This document shows positions 1 through 9,368 of a stretch of 64,000 nucleotides of DNA, one piece after another. Origin of the DNA: an uncultured Haliea sp. (GTDB taxonomy: Bacteria; Pseudomonadota; Gammaproteobacteria; Pseudomonadales; Halieaceae); the NCBI GenBank assembly GCA_947258585.1, contig CAMYIZ010000016.1, positions 12,085-76,084 of the forward strand, in the 5' to 3' direction. Each line of letters opens with the position of its first letter. The first letter of the stretch is position 1. Under the pieces are notes generated by a model. That model did no database searches. It saw only the letters and a list, made by a program, of their open reading frames with translations, and was not told the origin of the DNA. The position numbers and the translations under genes are program-made.

Positions 1-1802
1 GGTGCGCTGCCCGCAGCGTCACCAACGGCATCCAGATCGACCACCTGCTGCCAGGACGCTCCCGCCAGCTCACCCGAGACTTTGATCGAGCCTGCCTGGG
101 GAGGCACGTTAAAACGCACCAGCCGCAACAGCGGGGCACCCGCGTAGAGGTCGGGAACCGGGCCGCCCGCGTCAACCACGGCCTGCGGCCAGTCGACGCT
201 TATCCCGGTCAGCAATGGTACTGACAGATATTCCAGCAGGGCGCCAACCCGTGCGCCGACTTCAGCCTGGTCCCCGATGTGAAGATGGCGGCCCCGGCCC
301 AGTTGCGCCGCCTTGCGCAGAAACCAGCTGTTGGGCGCCGAGCCGATGCCGATGGTGAACAGGCGACTGTGTCCCAGCTCCGCGGCAATGGTGTCCAGGA
401 TGGCCTGTTCATTGCCCACCGCACCGTCAGTCATGAACACCACCTGCCGCAGCCGGCCCTCGCTGTCGCCCCTGGCCGGCAGCGCGAGGGCCCGCCGCAG
501 GGGCGGCAGCATCTCGGTACCGCCCGCAGCGCGCAGGCCGCCGATGAATACCCGGGCCTGCTGCAGCGCCAGGCGATTCACCGGCCTGGCGTCGGCAAAC
601 AACGCCCGGTAAGCCTGATCGAACGCTATGATGTTGAAGCTGTCTCCGGGGCGCAGCCCGTCCAGCGCCGCCACCAGGCTCTGTCGCATCTGCTGTATGG
701 GCACCCCACCCATGGAACCCGAGGTGTCGACGACAAAGACCAGTTCCCGCGCGCGGATCTCCGCATCCGGCTGTGCCGGCGACGGCGGCATCACCAACAG
801 CAATCCGTAGTGTTCTCCCGCCACTTCTTCTGTAAACAGCGCCGCCTGCGGCCGGCTGCCGGTGGCCGGTTCCCAGTTGAGAACAAAATCCCGGTCCATC
901 TCGCTGGGGCCCCGGGCCAGCTCCAGGTGATAGCGATTGCCCTCCCGGTGCAGGCGCATCTGGTGGTAGGGGGTATCGACACGGGCCAGGGGCAGCCCGG
1001 CATCGAGACGTACGGCAATGGTGAGCGGATTCCGCGGCGCGGCATCGGAGCCCGCCCGGGCGTGCTGCAAGCTTGCCAGCAGTGGTGCGTCCGGCACTTC
1101 ATCAGTCGCCAAGGCATGCAGCGGATATCCCGGAATTGGCGGCGGGAAAGCTGCATCCACATCGCCACCCAGGGGCCGGCCAGGGATATAGCGCCGGGTC
1201 AGGGTCATTGGCAGTCGCAGGCTGAACTCACCGTCACGGTAGGTGACGGGCTGCACGAACTCCAGTCGCACAGCGACCGTCTCGCCGGGGGCCAGGTTGG
1301 CAATGCGGTTGCTGAACAGGTTGGGCCGCTGCTGTACCACCAGGCTGGTTTTGCGGCCCGCATCCCGGGCCGCGGCATACACCGCCTGCGCTTCCTGCCG
1401 TTCGCGGATCTCCCCCACAACCCGGCGCTCACCCACCTGGATTTCCATGGCGCGAACCGCCGCCTGGCCGGGCAGCGGAAAGGTGTAGACCCCTTCGGCC
1501 CAATGCGCACTGTCATTGCGAAAACGCTGTTCCAGGGTAACCACCGCCACCATGCCGGCAACACTGACCTGCACGGCGCTGCGCTGCATGACCGCCGGTA
1601 TCGGTGCCTGACCCGGGCTGTGCAACAGCAACTGCCCCGCGCCCGGCTCTTCAGTTGCCGCCCGCGCCACGCTTGCATCCAGCAGGGTGACAACCAGTGT
1701 GCACGCCGTGAGCACGGGCAGCAGTCGAAAGCAGATCCACAGGCCGAACGCTGGCAGTGTCCGACAGGGGGTGAATCGGGTGTTGTCTCTGATTCTGTCC
1801 AC
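1..1802 (-). CDS. VIT + VWA domain protein, marine proteobacterial sortase target type; 3' end runs off the window
   Basis: Manual translation (not in the ORF track). GTG at 1802 follows a GGAGA SD. A hydrophobic signal-like N-terminus is followed by a VIT segment (VTLEQRFRN..EGVYTFPLP..AVRAMEIQVGERRVVGEIRE..QQRPNLFSNRIANL) and a VWA MIDAS motif (RELVFVVDTSGSMGG). Divergent from pdsR/pdsS. Confidence 0.88.
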   Translation of the reverse strand, partial: MDRIRDNTRFTPCRTLPAFGLWICFRLLPVLTACTLVVTLLDASVARAATEEPGAGQLLLHSPGQAPIPAVMQRSAVQVSVAGMVAVVTLEQRFRNDSAHWAEGVYTFPLPGQAAVRAMEIQVGERRVVGEIRERQEAQAVYAAARDAGRKTSLVVQQRPNLFSNRIANLAPGETVAVRLEFVQPVTYRDGEFSLRLPMTLTRRYIPGRPLGGDVDAAFPPPIPGYPLHALATDEVPDAPLLASLQHARAGSDAAPRNPLTIAVRLDAGLPLARVDTPYHQMRLHREGNRYHLELARGPSEMDRDFVLNWEPATGSRPQAALFTEEVAGEHYGLLLVMPPSPAQPDAEIRARELVFVVDTSGSMGGVPIQQMRQSLVAALDGLRPGDSFNIIAFDQAYRALFADARPVNRLALQQARVFIGGLRAAGGTEMLPPLRRALALPARGDSEGRLRQVVFMTDGAVGNEQAILDTIAAELGHSRLFTIGIGSAPNSWFLRKAAQLGRGRHLHIGDQAEVGARVGALLEYLSVPLLTGISVDWPQAVVDAGGPVPDLYAGAPLLRLVRFNVPPQAGSIKVSGELAGASWQQVVDLDAVGDAAGSA

Positions 1803-1848
1803 GGCGATCTCCCGCAATCAATGTCGGAAGTATTGAAGCCCGCGAGGC

Positions 1849-1905
1849 TGGCAATCCGGTGGCACAACTGTGGCAAGACCCTGCGCAATCATGGCGAATT
1901 GTGGC
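1849..1905. promoter_or_regulatory. Phased TGGC(A) direct repeats, candidate response-regulator boxes
   Basis: TGGCA at 1849, 1860 and 1871 (exact 11-bp period), plus TGGCG at 1892 and TGGCC at 1902, in the divergent intergenic region. Confidence 0.5.
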
Positions 1906-1971
1906 CGCCGCTTGAGCGGGACCCGGGATTCTGGAACCATGACGACTTTCCGGGCCCTGGTACGTTCCTGT

Positions 1972-2664
1972 ATGTCCCACCATATCGCCATTGTCGAAGA
2001 CGAAGCCGCCCTGGCGGAGAACTACCGGGATGCCCTGCGGCGTCAGGGCTTTCGTGTCTCTGTGCACCGCGACCGACAGAGCGCGAGCGCCGCTTTCCTG
2101 CGCCACTTGCCAGACCTGGCCATTATTGACGTGGGCCTGGGCGATGACATCGAAGGCGGCTTCGACCTCTGCCGCGAACTCCGCAGCCAGTCGCCCGAGC
2201 TGCCCATTGTGTTCCTGACCGCCCGCGACAGTGAGCTGGACATCATCTCCGGGCTGCGGCTGGGCGCCGACGACTATCTCACCAAAAGCATCAGCCAGGC
2301 GCACATGCTGGCGCGCATCGTCGCCCTGTTCCGCCGGGTCCGGGCGCTGCGGGTACCGGAACTGCGTGAGCACGTGATCGCGCAGGGGCCACTGACCCTG
2401 AATGTAGAGCGGATGACAGCGCACTGGCGGGAGCAGCCCGTGCCGCTCACAGTCACTGAATTCTGGATGGTGCACACCCTGGCACGCCACCCCGGGCACG
2501 TGAAGAACAGGCAACAGTTGATGGAGAGCGCCAACGTGGTGCTGGATGACAACACCATCACCTCCCACGTCAAACGGATCCGGCGCAAGTTCGAGAGCCT
2601 CGACAATTCCTTCAGCGCCATCGAAACCGCCTACGGCATGGGCTATCGCTGGCTTGGAGACTGA
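1972..2664 (+). CDS. pdsR: OmpR-family response regulator of the proteobacterial dedicated sortase system
   Basis: REC domain (IAIVEDE..LAIIDVGLG..FLTARD..GADDYLTK) plus winged helix (LTVTEFWMV..ITSHVKRIRRKF..IETAYGMGYRW). Context: next to a sortase-target-type gene. Alternative ATG at 1939. Confidence 0.88.
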   Translation: MSHHIAIVEDEAALAENYRDALRRQGFRVSVHRDRQSASAAFLRHLPDLAIIDVGLGDDIEGGFDLCRELRSQSPELPIVFLTARDSELDIISGLRLGADDYLTKSISQAHMLARIVALFRRVRALRVPELREHVIAQGPLTLNVERMTAHWREQPVPLTVTEFWMVHTLARHPGHVKNRQQLMESANVVLDDNTITSHVKRIRRKFESLDNSFSAIETAYGMGYRWLGD

Positions 2665-2667
2665 CGT

Positions 2668-4725
2668 TTGAGCCTGCGCCGCCAGCTGATCCTGGTCAGT
2701 CTGCTACTGCTCACCCTGCCCTGGGCGGGCTGCCAGTTCCTGCGGGAAATGGAAGGCGCCCTGCGCGAGGGCCAGGGTCGGGCGATTGCCGCCACCGCTG
2801 ACGCCATCGCCGCGAGCCTCATGGATCAGCCCCGGCTGCTCTACCCCTACCTCGAGCGCAGGCGCTCGGCTGATGACCTGGACGGTTCAATCTATGCCCC
2901 GGCGCTGGAACTGGACCCGGTACTGGACGGCTACGAAGACGGCTGGCCGGAGGGCATCCAGGGTACGTTTGCAAACCTCGACACGCGCTCCCCGACCCTG
3001 GCTTACCGCGCCGGCGTCCACGGTGACAGCCTGTACCTGATGCTGCGGATTGGGGATGACAGCGTCACCTACCACGATCCGGGACTGAGCCCGGAACCCA
3101 ACGGTGACCGGCTGATCCTGGTCACCTGGCTGGACGGTCGGCGCCAGGAATACGTGATCGCCACCCCCGCGCCGGGCAGCGTGGTGGCGCAGTACGCAGG
3201 CAGGCGGCACCCGAGCGCGGATGCGCGCCGCATCAGGGGCTACTGGCAGGATACTGCGGACGGCTACGCGATCGAGCTGGCGCTGCCACTGGCACTCACG
3301 GGCGGCAGGCTGGGGATCTACGCCATTGACGTCGCCGGTCACCGCAGCAGCGGCTGGCGAACCGCCGGCAACACCGGCCCGGTGCAGCAGGCCGCGCCAC
3401 CCTGGCTGATCTACCCGCCGGCGGAACTCACGGCACAGCTGGCCCGTTTCGCCTCTGCCGGGCAGCGCCTGCTGGTGACCGACCGCCACGGCAGGCTGCT
3501 GGCTTCCATCACCGCCGCCAACGACAACGCCGCCGCTGGGCCGGCCACCTTCTGGCTGCTGCGGGCCCTGTACCGCCGTATTCTCGCGGACCCGGCACTG
3601 CCCTACCAGCCGGAACCGGCGCTCACGGGCACCCTCGGCGGGGGAGAAATCGGCGCTGCCCTGGCCGGTTTCCGCGAGCAGCGTTGGTACGGCACCGGGA
3701 CGCCCGGGCGCAGGACACTGTCCGCGGCCGCACCGATCCGGGACCGCGGCACCGTCATCGGGACCGTGGTCGTGCAGCAGGGCAGCGAGCAGTATCTGTC
3801 CCTGACTGATCGCGCCTTCAGCCGCCTGCTGGGCTACAGTGTGCTCGCGCTGGGTATCGCCACCCTGGGGCTGCTGGGTTTCGCCAGCCTGCTGTCCTGG
3901 CGCATCCGCAAGCTCAGCCGGGCCGCGGACCGGGTGATGGGCAACCAGGGCATGGAGCTGGCCCACTTTCCCCGCAGCCGCGCGCGCGATGAGGTCGGCG
4001 ACCTGTCCCGCAGCTATGCGCGCCTGCTGGATGAAGTGCATGCCTACAATGAATACCTGCGCACTCTCAGCCACAAGCTGTCACATGAATTGCGCACCCC
4101 GATCGCGGTGATCCAGTCGTCGCTGGATAACCTCGGCTCCGCAAATGGTGGTCCCGGCGACCAGGTCTATGTCAGCCGCGCCCGGGAGGGTCTGGACCGG
4201 CTCAGCCATATCCTCAATGCCATGACCGAGGCCAGCCGGCTCGAGGAAAGTATCGGCCAGCGCGAGCACACCCGGCTGGATCTGGTACCCCTGCTGCAGG
4301 AAGTTTGCGCCGCCTACCGCGGTGTCTATCCCGAACACAGACTGGTGCTCCACTGCCCGCCCGGCCCTGCCTGTATCCTCGGCGCCGCCGACCTGCTGGT
4401 GCAGGCACTGGACAAACTGGTCGACAACGCCGCGTCTTTCGCCCCGGCGGGGAGCGACATCCTGGTCAGCCTGACACCCCGGGACCAGGGCTGGGCGCTG
4501 GCAGTCAGCAACACCGGCCCGCCGCTGCCCGCAGATATGGAGGGCCGCCTGTTCGCCGCCATGGTCTCGCTGCGGCGGCGCACGGCAGCCCGGTCGGTAC
4601 ATCTGGGGCTGGGACTCTACATCGTCAAGCTGGTCGCGGATTACCATCACGGCAGCGTCCGCGCGGACAACCGCGATGACGGCAGGGGCGCCGTATTTAC
4701 CCTGGTCCTGCCGGCCGCTAGGTGA
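2668..4725 (+). CDS. pdsS: Sensor histidine kinase of the dedicated sortase system
   Basis: N-terminal TM ([21 protein letters not shown]), large periplasmic domain, second TM, HAMP ([12 protein letters not shown]), HisKA (LSHELRTP) and HATPase ([15 protein letters not shown]). TTG start 3 nt after the pdsR stop. Confidence 0.88.
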   Translation: MSLRRQLILVSLLLLTLPWAGCQFLREMEGALREGQGRAIAATADAIAASLMDQPRLLYPYLERRRSADDLDGSIYAPALELDPVLDGYEDGWPEGIQGTFANLDTRSPTLAYRAGVHGDSLYLMLRIGDDSVTYHDPGLSPEPNGDRLILVTWLDGRRQEYVIATPAPGSVVAQYAGRRHPSADARRIRGYWQDTADGYAIELALPLALTGGRLGIYAIDVAGHRSSGWRTAGNTGPVQQAAPPWLIYPPAELTAQLARFASAGQRLLVTDRHGRLLASITAANDNAAAGPATFWLLRALYRRILADPALPYQPEPALTGTLGGGEIGAALAGFREQRWYGTGTPGRRTLSAAAPIRDRGTVIGTVVVQQGSEQYLSLTDRAFSRLLGYSVLALGIATLGLLGFASLLSWRIRKLSRAADRVMGNQGMELAHFPRSRARDEVGDLSRSYARLLDEVHAYNEYLRTLSHKLSHELRTPIAVIQSSLDNLGSANGGPGDQVYVSRAREGLDRLSHILNAMTEASRLEESIGQREHTRLDLVPLLQEVCAAYRGVYPEHRLVLHCPPGPACILGAADLLVQALDKLVDNAASFAPAGSDILVSLTPRDQGWALAVSNTGPPLPADMEGRLFAAMVSLRRRTAARSVHLGLGLYIVKLVADYHHGSVRADNRDDGRGAVFTLVLPAAR

Positions 4726-6736
4726 GAAAAGCCAGCTGGCGCAACTCCGCCAGCTGGTCGCGCAGGGCGGCCGCCTGCTCAAACTCCAGGTTGCGGGCGT
4801 GTTCCTGCATCTTCACTTCCATCTGCTGCAACTTGCGCGACAGGGCCGCGGGACTGAGCTTGGCGACTTCGGTGCTGTAGGCCAGTGACTCCTCGGCGAC
4901 CTTGCGGCCCTTGGCCCTGGCCTTGGTGGGCATGCGCCGGGCGCCTTCCATGATGTCCTGGACCGACTTGAATACACCGGCCGGCGTGATCCCGTGCTCC
5001 AGGTTATGCGCAACCTGTTTCTCCCGCCGGCGGGCGGTCTCCGCCATCGCCCGCTCCATGGAACCGGTAATCTTGTCCGCGTAGAGAATTGCACGTCCAT
5101 TGAGATTCCGGGCCGCCCTGCCGATGGTCTGGATCAGGGAGCGGTCCGAACGCAGGAAACCCTCCTTGTCCGCGTCCAGGATCGCCACCAGCGATACCTC
5201 GGGCATGTCCAGGCCCTCGCGCAGCAGGTTGATCCCCACCAGCACATCAAATTCGCCCAGGCGCAGATCGCGGATAATCTCTACCCGCTCCACGGTTTCA
5301 ATATCCGAGTGCAGGTAGCGCACCTTGATGCCGTGCTCGGCCAGGTACTCGGTGAGGTCTTCGGCCATGCGCTTGGTCAGGGTGGTGACCAGCACCCGCT
5401 CGCCGAGGGCCACATTCTTGTGAATCTCCTGCAGCAGATCGTCCACCTGGCTGCTCGCAGGGCGCACTTCCAGCTCCGGATCGATCAGGCCGGTGGGGCG
5501 CACCACCTGCTCCACCGTCCGCCCCGCATGCTCGAGTTCATAGGGGCCCGGTGTGGCGGAGACAAAGACCGCCTGGGGTACCAGCTGCTCCCACTCCTCG
5601 AACCGCAGGGGCCGGTTGTCGAGCGCGGAGGGCAGGCGGAAGCCGTATTCCACCAGGGTCTCCTTGCGTGAGCGATCGCCGCGGTACATGCCGCCGATCT
5701 GCGGAATCGTGGCGTGGGATTCGTCGACGATGACCAGCGCATTGTCCGGCAGGTATTCAAACAGGGTCGGCGGTGGCTCCCCGGAAGCGCGGCCGGACAG
5801 GTAGCGGGAGTAGTTTTCCACCCCGTTGCAATAACCGAGTTCGCGGATCATCTCCAGGTCATAGCGGGTGCGCTGTTGCAGGCGCTGGGCCTCGACCAGT
5901 TTGTCGTTGTCCTTGAGCTGCTTTACCCGCTGCTCCAGCTCCACCTCGATCTGGGTGACCGCGTCCAGCATCACGTCCCGGGTGGTCACATAGTGACTCT
6001 TGGGGAAGATCGTTACCCGCGGCACCTTGCGTTCCACGGCACCGGTCAGGGGGTCGAAGAAATAGATACTTTCGATTTCCTCGTCGAACAATTCCACGCG
6101 CACCGCTTCGTGCTCTGAATCCGCCGGGAAAATATCGATGACATCCCCGCGCACCCGGTAGGTGCCGCGGTGAAAGTCGACGTCATTGCGGGTGTACTGC
6201 AGCTCCGCGAGATGCCGCAGCACCTGGCGCTGGTCTATCATCTCGCCGCGGGACAGGTGCAGGATCATCTTGAAATAGGATTTCGGATCCCCCAGGCCGT
6301 AGATCGCCGACACCGTCGCCACCACCAGGCAGTCCTCCCGTTCCAGCAGGGCCTTGGTGGCGGACAGGCGCATCTGCTCGATGTGCTCGTTTACCGACGC
6401 ATCCTTCTCGATAAAGGTATCGGAAGACGGCACATAGGCTTCGGGCTGGTAATAGTCGTAGTAGGAGACGAAGTACTCCACCGCGTTGTCCGGAAAGAAC
6501 TCCTTGAACTCGCCATAGAGCTGCGCGGCCAGCGTCTTGTTATGCGCCATGACAATGGTTGGCCGCTGCAACTGCTCCACGACGTGGGCCATGGTGAAGG
6601 TCTTGCCCGAGCCGGTCACGCCCAGCAGAATCTGCGACGCCAGACCCGCATTGATGCCCTCGACCAGTTCGCGAATGGCCTTGGGCTGATCGCCCGCCGG
6701 GGAGTAGCTGGAATGAACCTTGAACTGCTTCGACAT
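4718..6736 (-). CDS. uvrB: Excinuclease ABC subunit B
   Basis: PAGDQPKAI, Walker [23 protein letters not shown]-terminal UVR coil ([13 protein letters not shown]). Confidence 0.98.
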   Translation of the reverse strand: MSKQFKVHSSYSPAGDQPKAIRELVEGINAGLASQILLGVTGSGKTFTMAHVVEQLQRPTIVMAHNKTLAAQLYGEFKEFFPDNAVEYFVSYYDYYQPEAYVPSSDTFIEKDASVNEHIEQMRLSATKALLEREDCLVVATVSAIYGLGDPKSYFKMILHLSRGEMIDQRQVLRHLAELQYTRNDVDFHRGTYRVRGDVIDIFPADSEHEAVRVELFDEEIESIYFFDPLTGAVERKVPRVTIFPKSHYVTTRDVMLDAVTQIEVELEQRVKQLKDNDKLVEAQRLQQRTRYDLEMIRELGYCNGVENYSRYLSGRASGEPPPTLFEYLPDNALVIVDESHATIPQIGGMYRGDRSRKETLVEYGFRLPSALDNRPLRFEEWEQLVPQAVFVSATPGPYELEHAGRTVEQVVRPTGLIDPELEVRPASSQVDDLLQEIHKNVALGERVLVTTLTKRMAEDLTEYLAEHGIKVRYLHSDIETVERVEIIRDLRLGEFDVLVGINLLREGLDMPEVSLVAILDADKEGFLRSDRSLIQTIGRAARNLNGRAILYADKITGSMERAMAETARRREKQVAHNLEHGITPAGVFKSVQDIMEGARRMPTKARAKGRKVAEESLAYSTEVAKLSPAALSRKLQQMEVKMQEHARNLEFEQAAALRDQLAELRQLAFLT

Positions 6737-6904
6737 CAATCAAAGACCTGCTCTCTGCAAAGAACCGCGTATTATGGTGCAGTGAGCCCGGAAATGCAGC
6801 CGCAGGCCGCACCCTGCCCTGCAGCCCGCTGCCAGCCGATTGGAATCCTCATGCTGCTGCGCGGGGCGCCGGCACATTGCTTGTGAAAAATACCTCCCGC
6901 ACTG

Positions 6905-6933
6905 TTGACCTGCCCCGGGCTCGTCATTAATAT
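6905..6933 (+). promoter_or_regulatory. Sigma70 promoter of tRNA-Asn
   Basis: TTGACC (6905-6910), 17-nt spacer, TAATAT (6928-6933), 22 nt upstream of the tRNA. Confidence 0.75.
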
Positions 6934-6955
6934 ACGCGACCTCGGTTAACGCCAT

Positions 6956-7031
6956 TCCGCCTTAGCTCAGTTGGTAGAGCAATTGACTGTTAATCAATGG
7001 GTCGCTGGTTCGAGCCCAGCAGGCGGAGCCA
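6956..7031 (+). tRNA. tRNA-Asn (GTT)
   Basis: 76 nt. Acceptor stem TCCGCCT/AGGCGGA, D-arm TAGCTCAGTTGGTAGAGC, anticodon arm ATTGA-CT-GTT-AA-TCAAT, T-loop GGTTCGAG, encoded CCA. Confidence 0.98.
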
Positions 7032-7048
7032 TATTGAAATAGAAATCA

Positions 7049-7078
7049 AGGGGTTACAGCGATGTAACCCCTTTTTTT
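7049..7078 (+). terminator. Rho-independent terminator after tRNA-Asn
   Basis: AGGGGTTACA-gcga-TGTAACCCCT stem followed by a T run. Confidence 0.85.
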
Positions 7079-7105
7079 GTCCCCCCGCAACTGCCCGGAA
7101 CCGCT

Positions 7106-7654
7106 ATGCTCACAGCCAACAAACTTGAAAAAATCATGGAACTCGAAGCCGATCTCCGCGCCGAGTATCAGCAACAGCTCGACACCAAGAGCGCCGAGAT
7201 CGACCGCCTCAGCGCCCGGGAGTCAGAACTCCAGGCCGCCGTCGACAAGCAACTTGAGACGATCACCGAACTGACCGGCAAGGCGACGGACAGCCAGAAA
7301 GCCGAGCAGCGCGCCCGCGAGCTGCACAACCGCAGTGATCGGCTGGTGGCCGAGATCGCCGAACTGAAGCAGCGGATCAAGACCCTGCAGAAGGATCTCG
7401 CCGCCGTACGCGAAGAGAACAAGACCCTCACCCAGTACGACCCGCTGCGCATGAAGAAGAACCTCGACGCCAGCAAGAAGAAACTGGCGGAGAAGACCAG
7501 CGCCGCCGACCTGCTGCAGAAAACCCTGAGCGAGACCAAGAAAGAGAACGCGGAATTGCAGCGCAAAGTGGCGGAACTGGAAGCCAGGGTGGCGGAGCTG
7601 ACACCGGAAGACGCGGAGAAGGTCGACACCAAGGAAGAATCGGCGGCGGCCTGA
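7106..7654 (+). CDS. Hypothetical coiled-coil protein (182 aa)
   Basis: Good codon usage; E/K/L/A-rich heptad pattern over nearly the whole length; no catalytic motif seen. Confidence 0.8.
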   Translation: MLTANKLEKIMELEADLRAEYQQQLDTKSAEIDRLSARESELQAAVDKQLETITELTGKATDSQKAEQRARELHNRSDRLVAEIAELKQRIKTLQKDLAAVREENKTLTQYDPLRMKKNLDASKKKLAEKTSAADLLQKTLSETKKENAELQRKVAELEARVAELTPEDAEKVDTKEESAAA

Positions 7655-7762
7655 TCACTTAGCTGGGTTGAGCCTGATCGGGCGGAGAGCTGTCAGATCA
7701 GGTAGCCGGCCTTTTATCGCCAACAGCCCTCGACTCCGCCCACTCCCGCATGCGAGCGTAAT

Positions 7763-7984
7763 ATGAACAGAATAGAGAAGCTCAAGAACGACGTATACAG
7801 CTTTGAAGAGCTGGATACGCTGGAAAAGAACGCGATCAAATTGCGTGATGACGAAACCCTGCGACTCATTGCTCTCAGCCGCGCGGCAAAGACTGCCAAG
7901 GGCGAGAAGCCCAAAAGTACAATTGGTGCAGACGGCAGGCCGCTGACCAAAAGGGCTCGTCGTGATGAAAAAGCCAAGCGCTAG
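7763..7984 (+). CDS. Small hypothetical protein (73 aa) with basic C-terminus
   Basis: ATG-to-TAG ORF filling the gap; helical acidic N-half and K/R-rich tail. Confidence 0.65.
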   Translation: MNRIEKLKNDVYSFEELDTLEKNAIKLRDDETLRLIALSRAAKTAKGEKPKSTIGADGRPLTKRARRDEKAKR

Positions 7985-8027
7985 TAGTTAGCTGGTACCA
8001 AATTAACGGGCAGCGCGCGGTGATTTT

Positions 8028-8183
8028 TTAATTCGTCGCTTCCTGAATCTCTTCCCCTGCCCGCTCAATGTCCCTGCCGGCACCTTCTATGGTATTGCAG
8101 GCAGTCAGTGAGACAGTCGCCGCGAGCACTGCAAAAAGCACGGCCAGAGACTTGATTTTTTGTAGTGAGAATACTGATCGCAT
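8028..8183 (-). CDS. Entericidin A/B family lipoprotein (51 aa)
   Basis: GAGG SD; signal peptide with lipobox LTAC; mature part NTIEGAGRDIERAGEEI. Confidence 0.88.
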   Translation of the reverse strand: MRSVFSLQKIKSLAVLFAVLAATVSLTACNTIEGAGRDIERAGEEIQEATN

Positions 8184-8195
8184 AGTGTCGATTTC

Positions 8196-8214
8196 CTCTA
8201 TCGTTATCATTATC
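8196..8214 (-). promoter_or_regulatory. Fur-box-like hexamer array overlapping the entericidin SD
   Basis: Minus strand reads GATAATGATAACGATAGAG; 13/19 match to GATAATGATAATCATTATC. Confidence 0.4.
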
Positions 8215-8540
8215 ACGAGTGCGATGTCGCACCTTTCACGCGTGAATGCATGGCCGCCAACTTCTACCACAGTGTATTCCACCACTAGCGATTTGGATAC
8301 ATTTCCCTGTGGCTCTATCCCGGCGCTTCATTGTGTGCATTGATGCCGGACCCACGATTCGATTCGATTCGATGTCAGGCTTGGGGCCAGCCGCGGCAAA
8401 CCGGAATCCACGCTGCTGCGACAATCGTGAAAACCAGGCCCTCAAGTCGCTATGGTTTACCAGTCTACGGTATACTGCCGACTCGCAACTGCGACTTCGC
8501 CCGCGCCCACTGGCATCCACGATCACCCAGGCCTCTCTCG

Positions 8541-8753
8541 ATGAAAACCGTTGCAATTAACAAAGAGCCGGTTGAGCTCTACAAGATTCTCAAGTTCGAG
8601 GGGCTGGTGACCACCGGTGGCGAAGCCAAGCTGGTGATCGGGGACGGCCAGGTGCAGGTCAACGGCGCGGTAGAGACACAGCGGCGCAAAAAAATCGTGC
8701 ATGGCGATATTATTGACTTCAACGGGCAGCAACTCCGGGTCACACGTTTATAA
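8541..8753 (+). CDS. Small S4-domain RNA-binding protein (YbcJ/YaaA-like, 70 aa)
   Basis: VELYKILKFEGLVTTGGEAKLVI..GQVQVNGAVETQRRKKI..GDII. Confidence 0.9.
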   Translation: MKTVAINKEPVELYKILKFEGLVTTGGEAKLVIGDGQVQVNGAVETQRRKKIVHGDIIDFNGQQLRVTRL

Positions 8754-8877
8754 ACTTGCCGGAAGACAATCTGTGTGCCGCAGCGGGTTAACGAAACGAC
8801 CCGATGCGCATAGAACCCTTGCCAGGAAAATAAACACCGTTACGTAGCTTGCACTCTACCTGATCCGGGCGTTTCCT

Positions 8878-8905
8878 TTGCTTATGCCATCGTGGCAAAT
8901 ATAAT
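8878..8905 (+). promoter_or_regulatory. Sigma70 promoter of the H-NS gene with a palindrome in its spacer
   Basis: TTGCTT, 16-nt spacer, perfect TATAAT. The spacer contains TGCCA-tcg-TGGCA. Confidence 0.65.
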
Positions 8906-8933
8906 AACGGCGTATTTCAAACAGGAGCCACCC

Positions 8934-9362
8934 ATGAAAGGCAAAAGTTCAGTATTCAGTGCTTACGCAAAATCCAAAGCCAAAACCAGTGCCGAGGCAC
9001 GCCGCCTGTCGATAGCAGAACTGGAAAAACTCATCGCCAACCTGAATGCAAGTCTTGCCGCTGAGAAAGCAAAACTGAAAAAGAAGGAAACGCAGGATCG
9101 CCTGGCAACCATTCAAAAGGTCAACGATCTTCTCGCCGAGAGCGGATTGAAACCGGAAGACTTGAAGAAAGCTCCGCGCAAGGTCGGCGTCAAACGCAAG
9201 GCTGGCGCAAAGCGCGGCAAGACGGCGAAAGTGCCGCCCCGCTACCGACTGGAAATTGATGGCAAGGAATACCTGTGGTCCGGCCGCGGTCGCACCCCCA
9301 GGGTTTTCCGGGAATATTTTGACGCCGGCAATAGCCGCGAGAGCTGCGAAATCGCCGCCTGA
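8934..9362 (+). CDS. H-NS family nucleoid-associated protein (142 aa)
   Basis: AGGAG SD; N-terminal coiled coil, basic linker, C-terminal KVPPRYR..WSGRGRTP DNA-binding signature. Confidence 0.9.
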   Translation: MKGKSSVFSAYAKSKAKTSAEARRLSIAELEKLIANLNASLAAEKAKLKKKETQDRLATIQKVNDLLAESGLKPEDLKKAPRKVGVKRKAGAKRGKTAKVPPRYRLEIDGKEYLWSGRGRTPRVFREYFDAGNSRESCEIAA

Positions 9363-9368
9363 TCCCGC

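Noticed and set aside
279-2129. 616-aa plus-strand ORF
   Set aside because: Antisense shadow of the VIT-VWA gene; no motifs; typical of high-GC DNA.
6737-6955. LexA box upstream of uvrB
   Set aside because: No CTGT-N8-ACAG-like site found by eye.
7010-7031. Duplicated tRNA 3' end (att site) marking an integrated element
   Set aside because: Only a 10-nt chance match near 29446 inside coding sequence; no integrase in the window.
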